Counted from the first letter of the stretch, positions 25,061-34,765 are shown. The stretch: 64,000 nt of DNA from Dehalococcoidia bacterium (GCA_965249315.1 OZ252225.1:143141-207140); one strand, 5' to 3'. The notes: a model not told the origin generated them from the sequence alone. A program made the numbers and translations.

Positions 25061-26500
25061 CTAGCTCGTGCCTCCGCCTACGGACGCTCCCGCCCGAGGC
25101 CGGATCTGGGCACGAAGGAGATCTACGGCCCTGTCGAGTTGGGGGTCGGCCTGATTGCCGCCGAACTCCACGGGACCCGGCACAACGACGTCCGGTTCCA
25201 ACCCTTCCTGCTCGATTAGGCGGCCCTTGGGTGTGTACCAGCGTTCGGAGGTGTAGTAGAGGCCTCCGCCGTCGGAGAGGCTCTTGAGCCGGTTAACGCT
25301 ACCCTTGCCGAAGGTCCGGACGCCGACCAGAGGGGCCCGGTCGTGGTCCTGAAGGGCGCCTGCGAGGATTTCGCTGCCGCTGGCGGAGAACTGGTTGACA
25401 AGAACGACGATGGGCATGTCGTGGGCCAGGCCGTCCTTCTTAACCGTCCAGTCGGTGCGGTCGTTGGTCGTGCCCTGCTCGTAGACGACGAGGCCCTCCT
25501 CGAGAAAGAGGGCACTCACGTTGGCCGAGGTGGAGAGGAGGCCGCCGGGGTTGTTGCGCAGGTCCAGGACAAGGCCACGCACGCCCTGGCCCTGGATCTC
25601 ACGAAGGATCTGCTCCATCGCCTCGTCACTGTTTTCATAGAAGAAGCGGAGGCGGAGGTAGGCAATATCATCCTGGAGCATGGTCCAAGAGGCACTCTCA
25701 AGGGATATGCGGCCTCGCGTCACCACGATCTCAACGACCTCTGTCGATCCCAGATGCCGGATTCCAAGGGTGATGGGCGTTCCCGCCGGGCCGCGCACCT
25801 CCGAGACGAGGCGATGGATGGTCCACCCCTCCACGCTCTGTCCTTCGACCGTTACCAGGGCATCTCCGGCACGGATTCCCGCCTCCTCCGCTGGACTGTT
25901 GGGCATGGGGCTGAGGAGGAAAACGCCTCCCCGGTTGTAGACCTCGGAGCCGATGCCCTCGTAGCGGCCGTCAAATGCCTGGGCTTCGATGGCAAATCGG
26001 TCCGGTGAGACGTACGTCGTATGTTGGTCTCCCAGGGCTTCGATAAGGCCCCGTATCGCCGCCTGGGCGAGCTCGGGAGGATCATGTGTCGTTCCCTGAG
26101 TCTCTGCCTGTTCGAAGACCGCAACCCACGCGTCCCACACGGCGGTGAGCTCCGTGGGAGCTCCACTGGGCAGACGATAGCGAATCTCAGGTTCGAGAGA
26201 GCCGGAACTTTCCCCTTCGCCTAGAGAGACGTTGACCAACTCCGCTACGGCGCCGGCGCCGAGACGCTCCGGGTCCAGCGTGTCTCTGTCGACGAATCCC
26301 TCTTCGAGGATCTCCCAGACCTCCCAGAGCGGGGTGAGCGCCTCCGAGGGGATGCTCTCTGGCGCTTCCTCGTAAGAGCTTGGCCGGCAGGACAGGGCCG
26401 CTAACAGGAGGACAAGGGCCGCGAAGAGCGCGACCGAGCGCAGAGGCCAAGGTGCCTCGCGGACTGATGAGAATGCGCCTTTGGGATGGAAGTCGGTCAT
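25061..26500 (-). CDS. S41 family C-terminal processing peptidase (Ctp/Prc-like) with a PDZ domain
   Basis: LVLDLRNNPGGLL, catalytic Ser context FSASGSEILAGAL, Lys context TFGKGSV, and an N-terminal membrane anchor. Confidence 0.9.
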   Translation of the reverse strand: MTDFHPKGAFSSVREAPWPLRSVALFAALVLLLAALSCRPSSYEEAPESIPSEALTPLWEVWEILEEGFVDRDTLDPERLGAGAVAELVNVSLGEGESSGSLEPEIRYRLPSGAPTELTAVWDAWVAVFEQAETQGTTHDPPELAQAAIRGLIEALGDQHTTYVSPDRFAIEAQAFDGRYEGIGSEVYNRGGVFLLSPMPNSPAEEAGIRAGDALVTVEGQSVEGWTIHRLVSEVRGPAGTPITLGIRHLGSTEVVEIVVTRGRISLESASWTMLQDDIAYLRLRFFYENSDEAMEQILREIQGQGVRGLVLDLRNNPGGLLSTSANVSALFLEEGLVVYEQGTTNDRTDWTVKKDGLAHDMPIVVLVNQFSASGSEILAGALQDHDRAPLVGVRTFGKGSVNRLKSLSDGGGLYYTSERWYTPKGRLIEQEGLEPDVVVPGPVEFGGNQADPQLDRAVDLLRAQIRPRAGASVGGGTS

Positions 26501-26576
26501 GGGTCTTCACCCATTTTAGCATGGCGCGTTGCGCGAAAGTGCATGGAGGCGTGGAACAAAGGCCTATGCAGCCTCG

Positions 26577-26606
26577 TTGAAAGTCACGGGAAGCCCGTGC
26601 TAGGAT
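26577..26606 (+). promoter_or_regulatory. promoter candidate for citrate synthase with a palindrome in the spacer
   Basis: TTGAAA, 18-nt spacer, TAGGAT. The spacer contains the perfect palindrome CACGGGAAGCCCGTG (26585..26599). Confidence 0.3.
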
Positions 26607-26685
26607 AGTATCGCCTGCACATCGCAGGCCGGCGCATTCTGGCCCCTGTCTTTTGGCGCACCAAACCCACTTGGGACGAACAGCC

Positions 26686-27828
26686 ATGGCGAAACGAGAC
26701 GTAGAGCTCCATCGCGGCCTCACCGGCATTTACCTTGACCGGACGGCGTCCAGTTTCATTGACGGCACCGCGGGGAAGCTCCTCTATCGGGGCTACAACA
26801 TCAACGACCTGGCATTGCAGTCCACCCTGGAAGAGGTCGTCTACCTCCTTCTCTACGGGGAATTGCCCACGCGCAAAGAACTCAAGGAGATGGACGACTA
26901 CCTCCGTAGCAACCGCGAGTTGCCGCCTGAGATATACACGCTGATCGAGATCGTGAAGGCTGGGCATCCGATGGACGTCCTTCGTACGGCCATCTCCGCC
27001 CTGGGGGCGCTGGACCCCGAGGTCACGGATAATAGCGTGGAGGCGACTCGTCGGAAGGGGCTACGCCTCACCGCCCAAGCGCCGACCATTGTGTGCGCCC
27101 ACCACCGGCTTCGGCAGGGGATGGACATCGTGGCGCCTTCGAAGCACTTGGGCCACGCCGCGAACTTCCTCTACATGTTCTATGGGACGGAGCCAGATCC
27201 CGAGGAAGCGCGCCTCCTGGACACAGATTTTATCATCCATGCGGAGCACGGCTCCAACGCCTCCGCCTTCGCTGCCCGGGTGGCAGCTTCGACTCTGGCA
27301 GACCTGCACTCGGCGGTCGTGTCTGGGCTCGCTACTTTGAAAGGCCCCCGACACGGCGGCGCCGCCGAGGCTGTGATGCGCATGGCCAAGGAGATAGGGG
27401 AACCCGAACGGGCCGCAGAGTACGCCCGCGGGGTGCTGGAGGGCGGCGGACGCATCATGGGCTTCGGCCACCGGGTGTACAAGGCGGAAGACCCGCGGGC
27501 GAGCCTCATGCGGGACCCCGCACGTGCCCTGGGCGAGAGGCGCGGCGAGCCCCACTGGTTCCAGATCCTCCAGGCGCTGGTTGACGTGATGAAGCCCTAC
27601 CAGGCCCGGGGTATCTACGTGAACGTGGACTTCTTTGCAGGCTCCCTGTACTACCTCATGGGCATTCCGGAGGACCTGTTCGTTCCCATCTTCGCCCTGG
27701 GACGGGTACCGGGCTGGACCCTGCAGGTGATGGAGCAGTACACCAACAACATCCTCATCCGCCCTCTGCTCTACTACGAGGGTCCGATGGACTTGGAGTA
27801 TGTCCCCATCGACCAGCGAGGGGGGTGA
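26686..27828 (+). CDS. gltA: citrate synthase (small, type I/archaeal-Gram-positive-like; could be 2-methylcitrate synthase)
   Basis: GFGHRVYK active-site motif, plus HAEHG and other family blocks. ATG 26686 is preferred over TTG 26653. Confidence 0.88.
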   Translation: MAKRDVELHRGLTGIYLDRTASSFIDGTAGKLLYRGYNINDLALQSTLEEVVYLLLYGELPTRKELKEMDDYLRSNRELPPEIYTLIEIVKAGHPMDVLRTAISALGALDPEVTDNSVEATRRKGLRLTAQAPTIVCAHHRLRQGMDIVAPSKHLGHAANFLYMFYGTEPDPEEARLLDTDFIIHAEHGSNASAFAARVAASTLADLHSAVVSGLATLKGPRHGGAAEAVMRMAKEIGEPERAAEYARGVLEGGGRIMGFGHRVYKAEDPRASLMRDPARALGERRGEPHWFQILQALVDVMKPYQARGIYVNVDFFAGSLYYLMGIPEDLFVPIFALGRVPGWTLQVMEQYTNNILIRPLLYYEGPMDLEYVPIDQRGG

Positions 27829-28004
27829 CCCGCGGAGGGTCCGCGACACCCTCGGGGCGAAGGTCTCCAGAGGCCTGTATTATGTCTGAATCGACTGTTA
27901 TGTAAAGCCAAAACCCCCTTGCGGTGACATAACAGTTATAGTGCGAAGCATCCAGCGAAAAACCCAGGGGCCCTGACCCACACGGAAAAACCGCCTCCGG
28001 GGGC

Positions 28005-28841
28005 ATGGCAACAATGGCGGAAGACGTCGGGGCCATCGAGCGCAACTACGGACGCAACGGACTGATCGCACGCACCCTCGCCGCTATCAACGCCGCGGGA
28101 CTGGACCCCGACGCCCTGACCCGCGACGACCTACAACCCATGGACGAGTTCCATATCCGAGGCCGCATCGCGACGCGGGAGCTGGCCGCTCTGACCCACC
28201 TGGCGCTGGACACTCACGTCTTGGACGTGGGATGTGGAGTCGGCGGACCGGCACGGACGCTGGCGGCGGAGTTCGGGTGCCGGGTCACCGGCTTGGACTT
28301 GATCGCCGACTACTGCCAGCTCACGGAGTTCCTGACCGCAGCTACCGGCCTGTCGGACCAAATCACTGTCCGATGTGGTAGTGCGCTGGAGATGCCTTTC
28401 GACGATGGGGTGTTCGACGCAGCGTGGATGCAGCACGTGTCGATGAACATCGAGGGCAAGGCGCGCCTGTTCGGGGAGATACACCGAGTGCTGCGATCCC
28501 GGGGCGTCGTAGCGCTGCACGAGGTGTTCGCCGGACCCGCCGGGTCGCGCCACTACCCAGTGCCATGGGCCGCGGACGCTAGCATCGATTTCCTCGTCAC
28601 GCAGGAGGAGACCCGTCGCACGATCGAGGCGGCCGGACTCCGAGAACTCGAGTGGACGGACGTGACCGAGAAGTCGAGGGAATGGTTTCGAAACATGCTC
28701 GCCGCTAGGAGGTCCGGTCCACCGCCCCCGCTGGGCCTTCACCTGCTTGTCAGCGACTTTCCGGCACGCGCGGCCAACGTCCTGCGAAACCTGGAGGAGA
28801 GGCGCATCACTGTGGCCATGGCGGTCTTCGGCAAGGACTGA
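28005..28841 (+). CDS. class I SAM-dependent methyltransferase
   Basis: Motif I VLDVGCGVGGPARTLA. Post-I LDL and the motif II/III spacing are typical of Methyltransf_11 proteins. Confidence 0.8.
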   Translation: MATMAEDVGAIERNYGRNGLIARTLAAINAAGLDPDALTRDDLQPMDEFHIRGRIATRELAALTHLALDTHVLDVGCGVGGPARTLAAEFGCRVTGLDLIADYCQLTEFLTAATGLSDQITVRCGSALEMPFDDGVFDAAWMQHVSMNIEGKARLFGEIHRVLRSRGVVALHEVFAGPAGSRHYPVPWAADASIDFLVTQEETRRTIEAAGLRELEWTDVTEKSREWFRNMLAARRSGPPPPLGLHLLVSDFPARAANVLRNLEERRITVAMAVFGKD

Positions 28842-28854
28842 GACGCCCCGAGGG

Positions 28855-30096
28855 TTAGGAGACGCCGGCTCCCGCCGCCTTGGAGGCGCTCAAGCCCTCC
28901 TCCACCGCTTGGAGCAGCCGGTCCATGCCCCATCCCTTCTCGGCGGAGATAAGCACGCTGGGGATCTGGGCAGCGGTCAGACCGTCTCCAAGGCCGTCCG
29001 GGAAGGCGCTGTCCCAGTTCATCATCCGGTCCACCTTGTTCAGGACGAGGACTCGAGGCTTTCCCGCAAGCTCCAGCTCGCCGAGGGTCTCCTCCACCAC
29101 CTGCGCCTGTTCGCTTGCGTTGGGGTGGCTAATGTCGACGACCTCCAGGAGGAGATCCGCGTCTTGCAGCTCCTCCAGCGTGGCCCGGAATGCCGCCACG
29201 AGAGCGGCCGGGAGCTTGTGGATGAACCCCACCGTGTCGGTCAGGAGCACCTGCCGTCCGTCGTGCACGCTGACGCTGCGGGTCACTGGGTCGAGGGTCG
29301 AGAAGGAGCGGTCCTCCACAGCGACCACCTCTTCACGCGCCAAGGCATTGAAGAGGGTGCTCTTGCCGGCGCTGGTGTAGCCGACCAGGGAGACTGTTGG
29401 CACTCCGGAACGACGCCTCTGCCTCCGGTGGAGGGACCGACGGCGGCGAACGTCCTCCAGTTCGGCTTTGAGGTGCTGTATGCGCCGCCTCACGAGTCGA
29501 CGGTCGGTCTCAAGCTGGGTCTCGCCAGGTCCTCGGGTGCCGATGCCACCTCCCAGCCGCTCCAGGTGGGACCACTGCCCAGCCAGACGGGGCAACAGGT
29601 ACTGGTGCTGGGCCAACTCCACCTGGAGACGTCCCTCACGGGTGCGGGCGTGGCGGGCAAAGGTGTCGAGGATGAGAGCCGTCCGGTCAATGATCTTGAC
29701 GCCGAGGGCTTCTTCCAAATTGCGCTGCTGGGCTAGGGTGAGCTCGTCGTCAAAGACGGCGAGAGTGTAGCCGAGACGATGTCCGAGTTCCTTCAGCTCC
29801 TGCAGCTTCCCGCGGCCGAGGTAGTTGGAAGTCAGATGGTCGAGACGCTGCGTTACGGAGGCCAAAACCGTGGCGCCCGCGCCTCGGGCCAGCTGTGCCA
29901 GCTCCTCCAGCGAGTCCTCCAGGCTCCAGAGCGCGGCCCTGCGCTTCTGCGCGACCCCAACGAGGATGGCGCGCTCCAGTTCCGGGGAGGTGGAGACCGG
30001 TGTTCTGCTGACAGTGCCTCCTCGTCGTCCGGGCCTAGCGAGGCGCGGGGGCCTTCCAGCCTTCGAGCCGCCGGACGGCCTTCTCCAGGTCCTCAT
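28855..30096 (-). CDS. hflX: GTPase HflX
   Basis: HflX N-domain (LILDTFARHARTREGRLQVELAQ), G1 GYTSAGKST, G3 DTVGF, G4 NKVD. Start is uncertain: ATG 30096 overlaps dapL by 62 nt, and the ORF opens at 30198. Confidence 0.85.
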   Translation of the reverse strand: MRTWRRPSGGSKAGRPPRLARPGRRGGTVSRTPVSTSPELERAILVGVAQKRRAALWSLEDSLEELAQLARGAGATVLASVTQRLDHLTSNYLGRGKLQELKELGHRLGYTLAVFDDELTLAQQRNLEEALGVKIIDRTALILDTFARHARTREGRLQVELAQHQYLLPRLAGQWSHLERLGGGIGTRGPGETQLETDRRLVRRRIQHLKAELEDVRRRRSLHRRQRRRSGVPTVSLVGYTSAGKSTLFNALAREEVVAVEDRSFSTLDPVTRSVSVHDGRQVLLTDTVGFIHKLPAALVAAFRATLEELQDADLLLEVVDISHPNASEQAQVVEETLGELELAGKPRVLVLNKVDRMMNWDSAFPDGLGDGLTAAQIPSVLISAEKGWGMDRLLQAVEEGLSASKAAGAGVS

Positions 30097-31207
30097 CGGA
30101 CAGGGTGAGGGAGAAGCGAAGGTAGCCTTCGCCGGAGGGGCCGTAGCCAGCACCGGGAGTGACCACAATGTCAAGATCGTCGAGCAGGAGCGTGGCAAAC
30201 TCTGCGGAGGTATAGCCCTCGGGCACGGCCGCCCAGATGTACAGGCCTGCTACCGGCGCGGTCACCCGGAGGCCGAGGCGGGTGAGGACGGATACAAGAC
30301 GGTCCCGGCGCGCCCGGTAGCGCAGATTTCGCTCCGCAATATAGTCCTGGGGTCCGGTGAGCGCCCCAATGGCCATCTCCTGGATGGCCCTGGGCACTCC
30401 GGAGTCCACGTTCGACTTGACGTCGAACAGCGTCTTGATGACCTCAGCATTGCCCACAGCCATGCCCACACGCCAGCCGGTCATGTTGTAGCCCTTGGAC
30501 AGCGAGTGGACCTCGACCGTGACGTCCTTGGCTCCGGGCACCTGGAGGACGCTCGGAGGCCGATACTCGTCGTAAGCCACCTCGGTGTAGCAGGCGTCAT
30601 GGAGGAAGATGATGTCGTTGGCGCGGCAGTAGTCGACGACGCGCTGGAAGTAGTCGAGCGACGCTACGCCGCCGGTGGGATTGTTCGGGTAGTTGAGCCA
30701 CATGATCCGGGCCCTGCGAGCCATGTCCTCCGGTATGGCGTCCAGGTCCGCGAGCCACTGGTTCTTTTCCAACAGTGGCATGAAGTAGGGCTCGCCATCG
30801 GCCATTATGGCGCCCGAGTTGTAGGCGGGATAGGCAGGCTCCGGCAACAGCACGACGTCGCCCGGGTCGACGAGGCCCAGGCTGGCGTGGACAATCCCTT
30901 CCTTGGCCCCGATGAGGGATATGACCTCCTTGTCAGGGTCCAGAGACACGTCGAAGCGCTGGTCGTACCAGTGGGCGACGGCACGGCGGAACTCCGGCAG
31001 TCCCTCTGGGTCGGGATATCGGTGGTTGGGGGCATCCAAGATGGCCTCGTGGAGTTGAGCAAGGTAGGACTCTGGTGTAGGGATGTCCGGGTCGCCGATG
31101 CCGAAGGTGACGACGTCAGCGCCCTCGGCACGCTTCTGAGCGATCTTCCGGTTGATCTCGATGAAGAGGAAGACAGGGAGTCGCTTCAGCCGGTTGGCAA
31201 CGTGCAT
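30035..31207 (-). CDS. dapL: LL-diaminopimelate aminotransferase-like class I aminotransferase
   Basis: MHVANRLKRLPVFLF N-terminus, NYPNNPTG, and PLP-lysine SLSKGYNMTGWRVG. Immediately upstream of dapF. Confidence 0.7.
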   Translation of the reverse strand: MHVANRLKRLPVFLFIEINRKIAQKRAEGADVVTFGIGDPDIPTPESYLAQLHEAILDAPNHRYPDPEGLPEFRRAVAHWYDQRFDVSLDPDKEVISLIGAKEGIVHASLGLVDPGDVVLLPEPAYPAYNSGAIMADGEPYFMPLLEKNQWLADLDAIPEDMARRARIMWLNYPNNPTGGVASLDYFQRVVDYCRANDIIFLHDACYTEVAYDEYRPPSVLQVPGAKDVTVEVHSLSKGYNMTGWRVGMAVGNAEVIKTLFDVKSNVDSGVPRAIQEMAIGALTGPQDYIAERNLRYRARRDRLVSVLTRLGLRVTAPVAGLYIWAAVPEGYTSAEFATLLLDDLDIVVTPGAGYGPSGEGYLRFSLTLSDEDLEKAVRRLEGWKAPAPR

Positions 31208-31233
31208 TCAGTCTCCTTCCAAGGACGTCTCGT

Positions 31234-32151
31234 CTACTCGCCCCACTCAGCCTCGAACACCTGGGCCACAGGCCCTTCGAGATAGACCTGGTCCTGGCCG
31301 TCCCACGTAAGTCGCAGGACGCCTCCGGGGAGCGTTATGTCAACGGTTTCGTCAGTGTAGCCGTGAAGCCGGGCAGCAACGGCGATGGCACAGGCCCCGC
31401 TGCCGCAAGCCATCGTCTCACCCGCGCCTCGTTCCCAGACCCGCGCCTGCAGATGGCCTCGGTCCACGACGTTGACGACCTCAAAGTTAACCCTCTGCGG
31501 GAAGAGCGCATGATGTTCCACCTGTGGGCCGACCTGATGCAGGGCAAGCTCCTCCACGGGCGTGTCCAGGAAGGCGACGGCGTGGGGGTTACCCATAGAG
31601 ACGCCCGTGACATGGAAGTTGCCATCGGGGACCACGAGAGGCCAGTCCAGCACCAGTTCGCCCTCACGCAGACAGAATTCGGAGCCGGCACCTCGAGGCC
31701 ACTGGGCCATGCTCTCCCGAGTGCCGACGACAGCGAGCCGGTAGGCCGGATCGACGGGGACCTCCTCCGGCCGCAGCCGGGGCACACCCATGCCCACGCG
31801 GGCGCTCCGGAAGTCTCCTTGCTCGACTATGGGGGTTAAGGTAATGAGCCCGGCAAGAGTCTCGATCCGCAGGACGTCGTGCGGCCAATCCGCGATATCT
31901 CGCTCCAGAACGAATTTGGCGACACAGCGAATGCCGTTGCCGCACATCTCCGCCTCTGAGCCGTCGGGGTTGAACATGCGCATGCGGAGGTCGGCGGTCT
32001 GGGATGGCAGGGCCAGGATGATGCCGTCTGCGCCCACACCGAAGTGACGGTCGCAGACGTCCCGGGCGAGTGCGCCCCAGTCCCTATCAACCTCGCGAGC
32101 GTCCAGGACCACGAAGTCGTTGCCGGCGCCATGCATCTTGGCGAACTTCAA
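31234..32151 (-). CDS. dapF: diaminopimelate epimerase
   Basis: FAKMHGAGNDFVV and both catalytic Cys motifs (MCGNGIRC, ACGSGACA). TTG start with GGAGGT upstream. Confidence 0.92.
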   Translation of the reverse strand: MKFAKMHGAGNDFVVLDAREVDRDWGALARDVCDRHFGVGADGIILALPSQTADLRMRMFNPDGSEAEMCGNGIRCVAKFVLERDIADWPHDVLRIETLAGLITLTPIVEQGDFRSARVGMGVPRLRPEEVPVDPAYRLAVVGTRESMAQWPRGAGSEFCLREGELVLDWPLVVPDGNFHVTGVSMGNPHAVAFLDTPVEELALHQVGPQVEHHALFPQRVNFEVVNVVDRGHLQARVWERGAGETMACGSGACAIAVAARLHGYTDETVDITLPGGVLRLTWDGQDQVYLEGPVAQVFEAEWGE

Positions 32152-32313
32152 GGCGCTATACCTCCACGGGCACTTGCGACAAGTTTAGCGACGGAGAGCT
32201 AGCTACGCAACGGAGGACGACGGCGAAGGAGCGCTGACGAAGTTGCGAGGGACAACACCCCGGGGAGCGCACTCCGCAGAATTCCGAACGCCACTGCTCC
32301 GGGGTCGAGTGAC

Positions 32314-33258
32314 CTACGCGTCGTTGCTCAGGATGCGGTCCACCTCGGCCATGTCCTCCGCCGTGAGATGCCAGTCGGCGGCCTTGGCGTTGGCCTCCAG
32401 CTGCTCTGTCTTGGTGGCTCCGGCGATCACCGAGCTTACCACGGGGTTCGCCAGGAGCCAGGCGAAGGCCAGCTCTAGCATAGAATGACCCCGCTCGGCG
32501 GCGAAATTCTCCAGACCCTCAAGCACGTCGAAGTTGGCGTCCGTGAGAGTCCTTTCGGCGGCCCGCTCGTTCCCCGCCAGCCGGGTTCCCTGCGGCGGCG
32601 GCTCGCCACGGCGGTACTTGCCGGTCAGGAAGCCGCTGGCCAGAGGGAAGTAGGGGAGCACGCCGATGTTGTAGGCCTTGCAGAAGGGGATCAGCTCCCG
32701 CTCCACGTCCCTCTTTAGCAGGCTGTAGTCCGGCTGGACGCTGACAAAGGGTTCGAGGTGGAGGGAACGCGAGGTCCAGATCGCTTCGCAGACCTGCCAG
32801 CCGTCGAAGTTTGAGCAGCCTATGTAGCGGACCTTGCCCTGGTGGACCAGGTCGTCCATGGCGCGCAGCGTCTCTTCGATGGGCGTGTCGGCATCATGGA
32901 AGTGCACTTGGTAGAGGTCGATGAAGTCGGTGTCTAGGCGTCGCAGACTGTCTTCCACTTCGCGCATCACGCTGAGGCGGGAAGCGCCCCGCGAGTTGGG
33001 GCCATCGGAGACTTGGCTGTAGACCTTTGTGGCCAGTATGACGTCGTTCCGCTTTCCCTTGACCGCCCGGCCGATGTACTCCTCCGACAGACCGCTACCG
33101 TAGCTGTTGGCGGTGTCGATGCAGTTAATGCCAAGGTCTATGGCCTGGTGGACGACGCGGGCGGACGCCTGGGGGTCCATTCTGCCGCCGAAGTTGTTGG
33201 TCCCCAGCCCGACGGCCGAAACCTTGAGTCCCGAGCTTCCCAGTCTACGATATTCCAT
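32314..33258 (-). CDS. aldo/keto reductase
   Basis: LGTNNFGG, IDTANSYG and LYQVH blocks, with a C-terminal VIAGATK..QL..N motif. Confidence 0.88.
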   Translation of the reverse strand: MEYRRLGSSGLKVSAVGLGTNNFGGRMDPQASARVVHQAIDLGINCIDTANSYGSGLSEEYIGRAVKGKRNDVILATKVYSQVSDGPNSRGASRLSVMREVEDSLRRLDTDFIDLYQVHFHDADTPIEETLRAMDDLVHQGKVRYIGCSNFDGWQVCEAIWTSRSLHLEPFVSVQPDYSLLKRDVERELIPFCKAYNIGVLPYFPLASGFLTGKYRRGEPPPQGTRLAGNERAAERTLTDANFDVLEGLENFAAERGHSMLELAFAWLLANPVVSSVIAGATKTEQLEANAKAADWHLTAEDMAEVDRILSNDA

Positions 33259-33300
33259 GTCTTCCTCCTTGTCTGCGCTATAGAGGCGGTCGACGGGGCG

Positions 33301-34347
33301 TCAGCCCACGAGCGGGAGCGCTACGGCCTGGCCGGACTGCGCACTGCGGGTTACCGCCTCGGTGAACTCCATGTAGCGAACACCGTCCTCGAAGCTCGTG
33401 AGTCGCACCGCCTCCTGGCCTCGGATGGCGCCAACGAACTCCTCCTCGACGCGCCATCGGCCCTCGCGCTCCGGAGGGATGTGGACTTCAGCGAGAGCCT
33501 GATCACCTCGCTGGCCGCCGTAGAGCTTCCCGCTAGCGGCGTCCCAGTGGAGGGTGCCTTGGCTGCCGTACAACCAGATCCCATCGGTCGGGTGCAGCCC
33601 CATGACGGCGCTGATGCGCAGATGGGCCTGGGCGCCGCAGGCCATGTCGCACAGCGCGTCCACGTGGTCGGGGATGGTGGTGGCCCGAAGCGTGCCGTCG
33701 CCGTCCTTGCGCTGCCGGACCCAGACGCGGGTCATGGCCGACACCCGCGTGGCGGGCCCCACCCAGCGCATCAGGGCCTCGTACCAGATGCCCATGGTGA
33801 GAATGTTGTAACCGCTGAGGTCTCGGTCCTGCCGCCAGTGCAACGGCCCTTCGGTGTCCAGAAAGGCACCACCGGAACTCAGCAACTCGATGGACAGGAT
33901 GTCGCCCAGGTAGCCTTCGTTCAGGAGGTCACGCACCGTGCGGTCAACCCGGAAGGTGAAGGGGGACGGAACGATCTGGGTGGCCAGGTCCGGGTGCTCG
34001 CGGGAGGCGACCAGCATGGTGCGGGCCTCGGCGGCGCTCATGGCCATGCGGGCCTCGGTAAGGACGTGCTTGCCTCGGGCGAGGGCACGGAGGGTCACCG
34101 GGCAGTGCATATAGGGCCACGTGCCGATGCAGATGGCGTTGGTGTCGTCCGCATCCACGAGGTCCGTCCACTTGTCGTAGATGATGGGGATGCCGAACTG
34201 GTCGGCTACCTGCTGGCTGGAGGCGCGGCTGCGGTTGGAAACGCTGACGACCTCGACGCCCTCCTGGGTCTGGAACCCTGGGATGTGCATGAGCCGGGTG
34301 TTAGCGCCGGCTCCGACGATGCCGATGCGAATGGGTGTGCCGCTCAC
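33301..34347 (-). CDS. Gfo/Idh/MocA family NAD(P)-dependent oxidoreductase
   Basis: N-terminal Rossmann IRIGIVGAGANTR and the EARMA (EKP-like) region. GTG start with AAGGAG upstream. Confidence 0.85.
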   Translation of the reverse strand: MSGTPIRIGIVGAGANTRLMHIPGFQTQEGVEVVSVSNRSRASSQQVADQFGIPIIYDKWTDLVDADDTNAICIGTWPYMHCPVTLRALARGKHVLTEARMAMSAAEARTMLVASREHPDLATQIVPSPFTFRVDRTVRDLLNEGYLGDILSIELLSSGGAFLDTEGPLHWRQDRDLSGYNILTMGIWYEALMRWVGPATRVSAMTRVWVRQRKDGDGTLRATTIPDHVDALCDMACGAQAHLRISAVMGLHPTDGIWLYGSQGTLHWDAASGKLYGGQRGDQALAEVHIPPEREGRWRVEEEFVGAIRGQEAVRLTSFEDGVRYMEFTEAVTRSAQSGQAVALPLVG

Positions 34348-34495
34348 GGGAACTCCTTAATACGTGCGCTGAATGCGCGAGCCGCGCCTGCGAATGGCGT
34401 GCGGGACGCGATTATACGAGCGCTGGGCGCGTTCAGTCCAGAGGGCGCGCTCAATCTGAGGAAGGGGGGAAACGAAGGTGGCCGATAGGCCGGGG

Positions 34496-34717
34496 TTATG
34501 TCAACTGTGCAATCAAGCCCAGAACAATGCTGACGACAACAGCCACCACGAACCACCCCACCACGGGCAGGCCCCGCCTTCGCCGCGGGTCGTTCCCTCG
34601 TGCCTCTTCGATGAGCTGGCGTCGCCGGGAGGCCTCAAGCTGCTGCCTGTGGCCGGCTTTGCCCACCTGGCGCATGATCTCCGGATGGTGTCCTCCGGGG
34701 CCTGGAAAGTGCATCAC
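34496..34717 (-). CDS. small tail-anchored membrane protein, hypothetical
   Basis: 73 aa. Basic N-terminal half and one C-terminal TM helix (LPVVGWFVVAVVVSIVLGLIAQL). Coding status is unproven. Confidence 0.35.
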   Translation of the reverse strand: MMHFPGPGGHHPEIMRQVGKAGHRQQLEASRRRQLIEEARGNDPRRRRGLPVVGWFVVAVVVSIVLGLIAQLT

Positions 34718-34765
34718 GTCACCTCTATCGCTACTCTACGCCTCGGCAGAGGGCGGCGCAACCCT

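Noticed and set aside
29825-31285. 486-aa plus-strand ORF opposite hflX and dapL. The same pattern applies to 33013..34488, 35716..36816, 37689..38747, 51980..53164, 22502..23626 and 59660..60853.
   Set aside because: All are antisense to genes with diagnostic catalytic motifs, are rich in R/G/A/P/V, and lack ribosome-binding sites. I treat them as non-coding shadow frames.
32257-32305. Imperfect hairpin ACCCCGGGGAGC ... GCTCCGGGGT downstream of the aldo/keto reductase, considered as a terminator or as a lysine-riboswitch-like leader for dapF.
   Set aside because: The stem has a bulge and a 27-nt loop, with no U-tract. The sequence shows none of the lysine riboswitch core features I know. 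Too weak to call.
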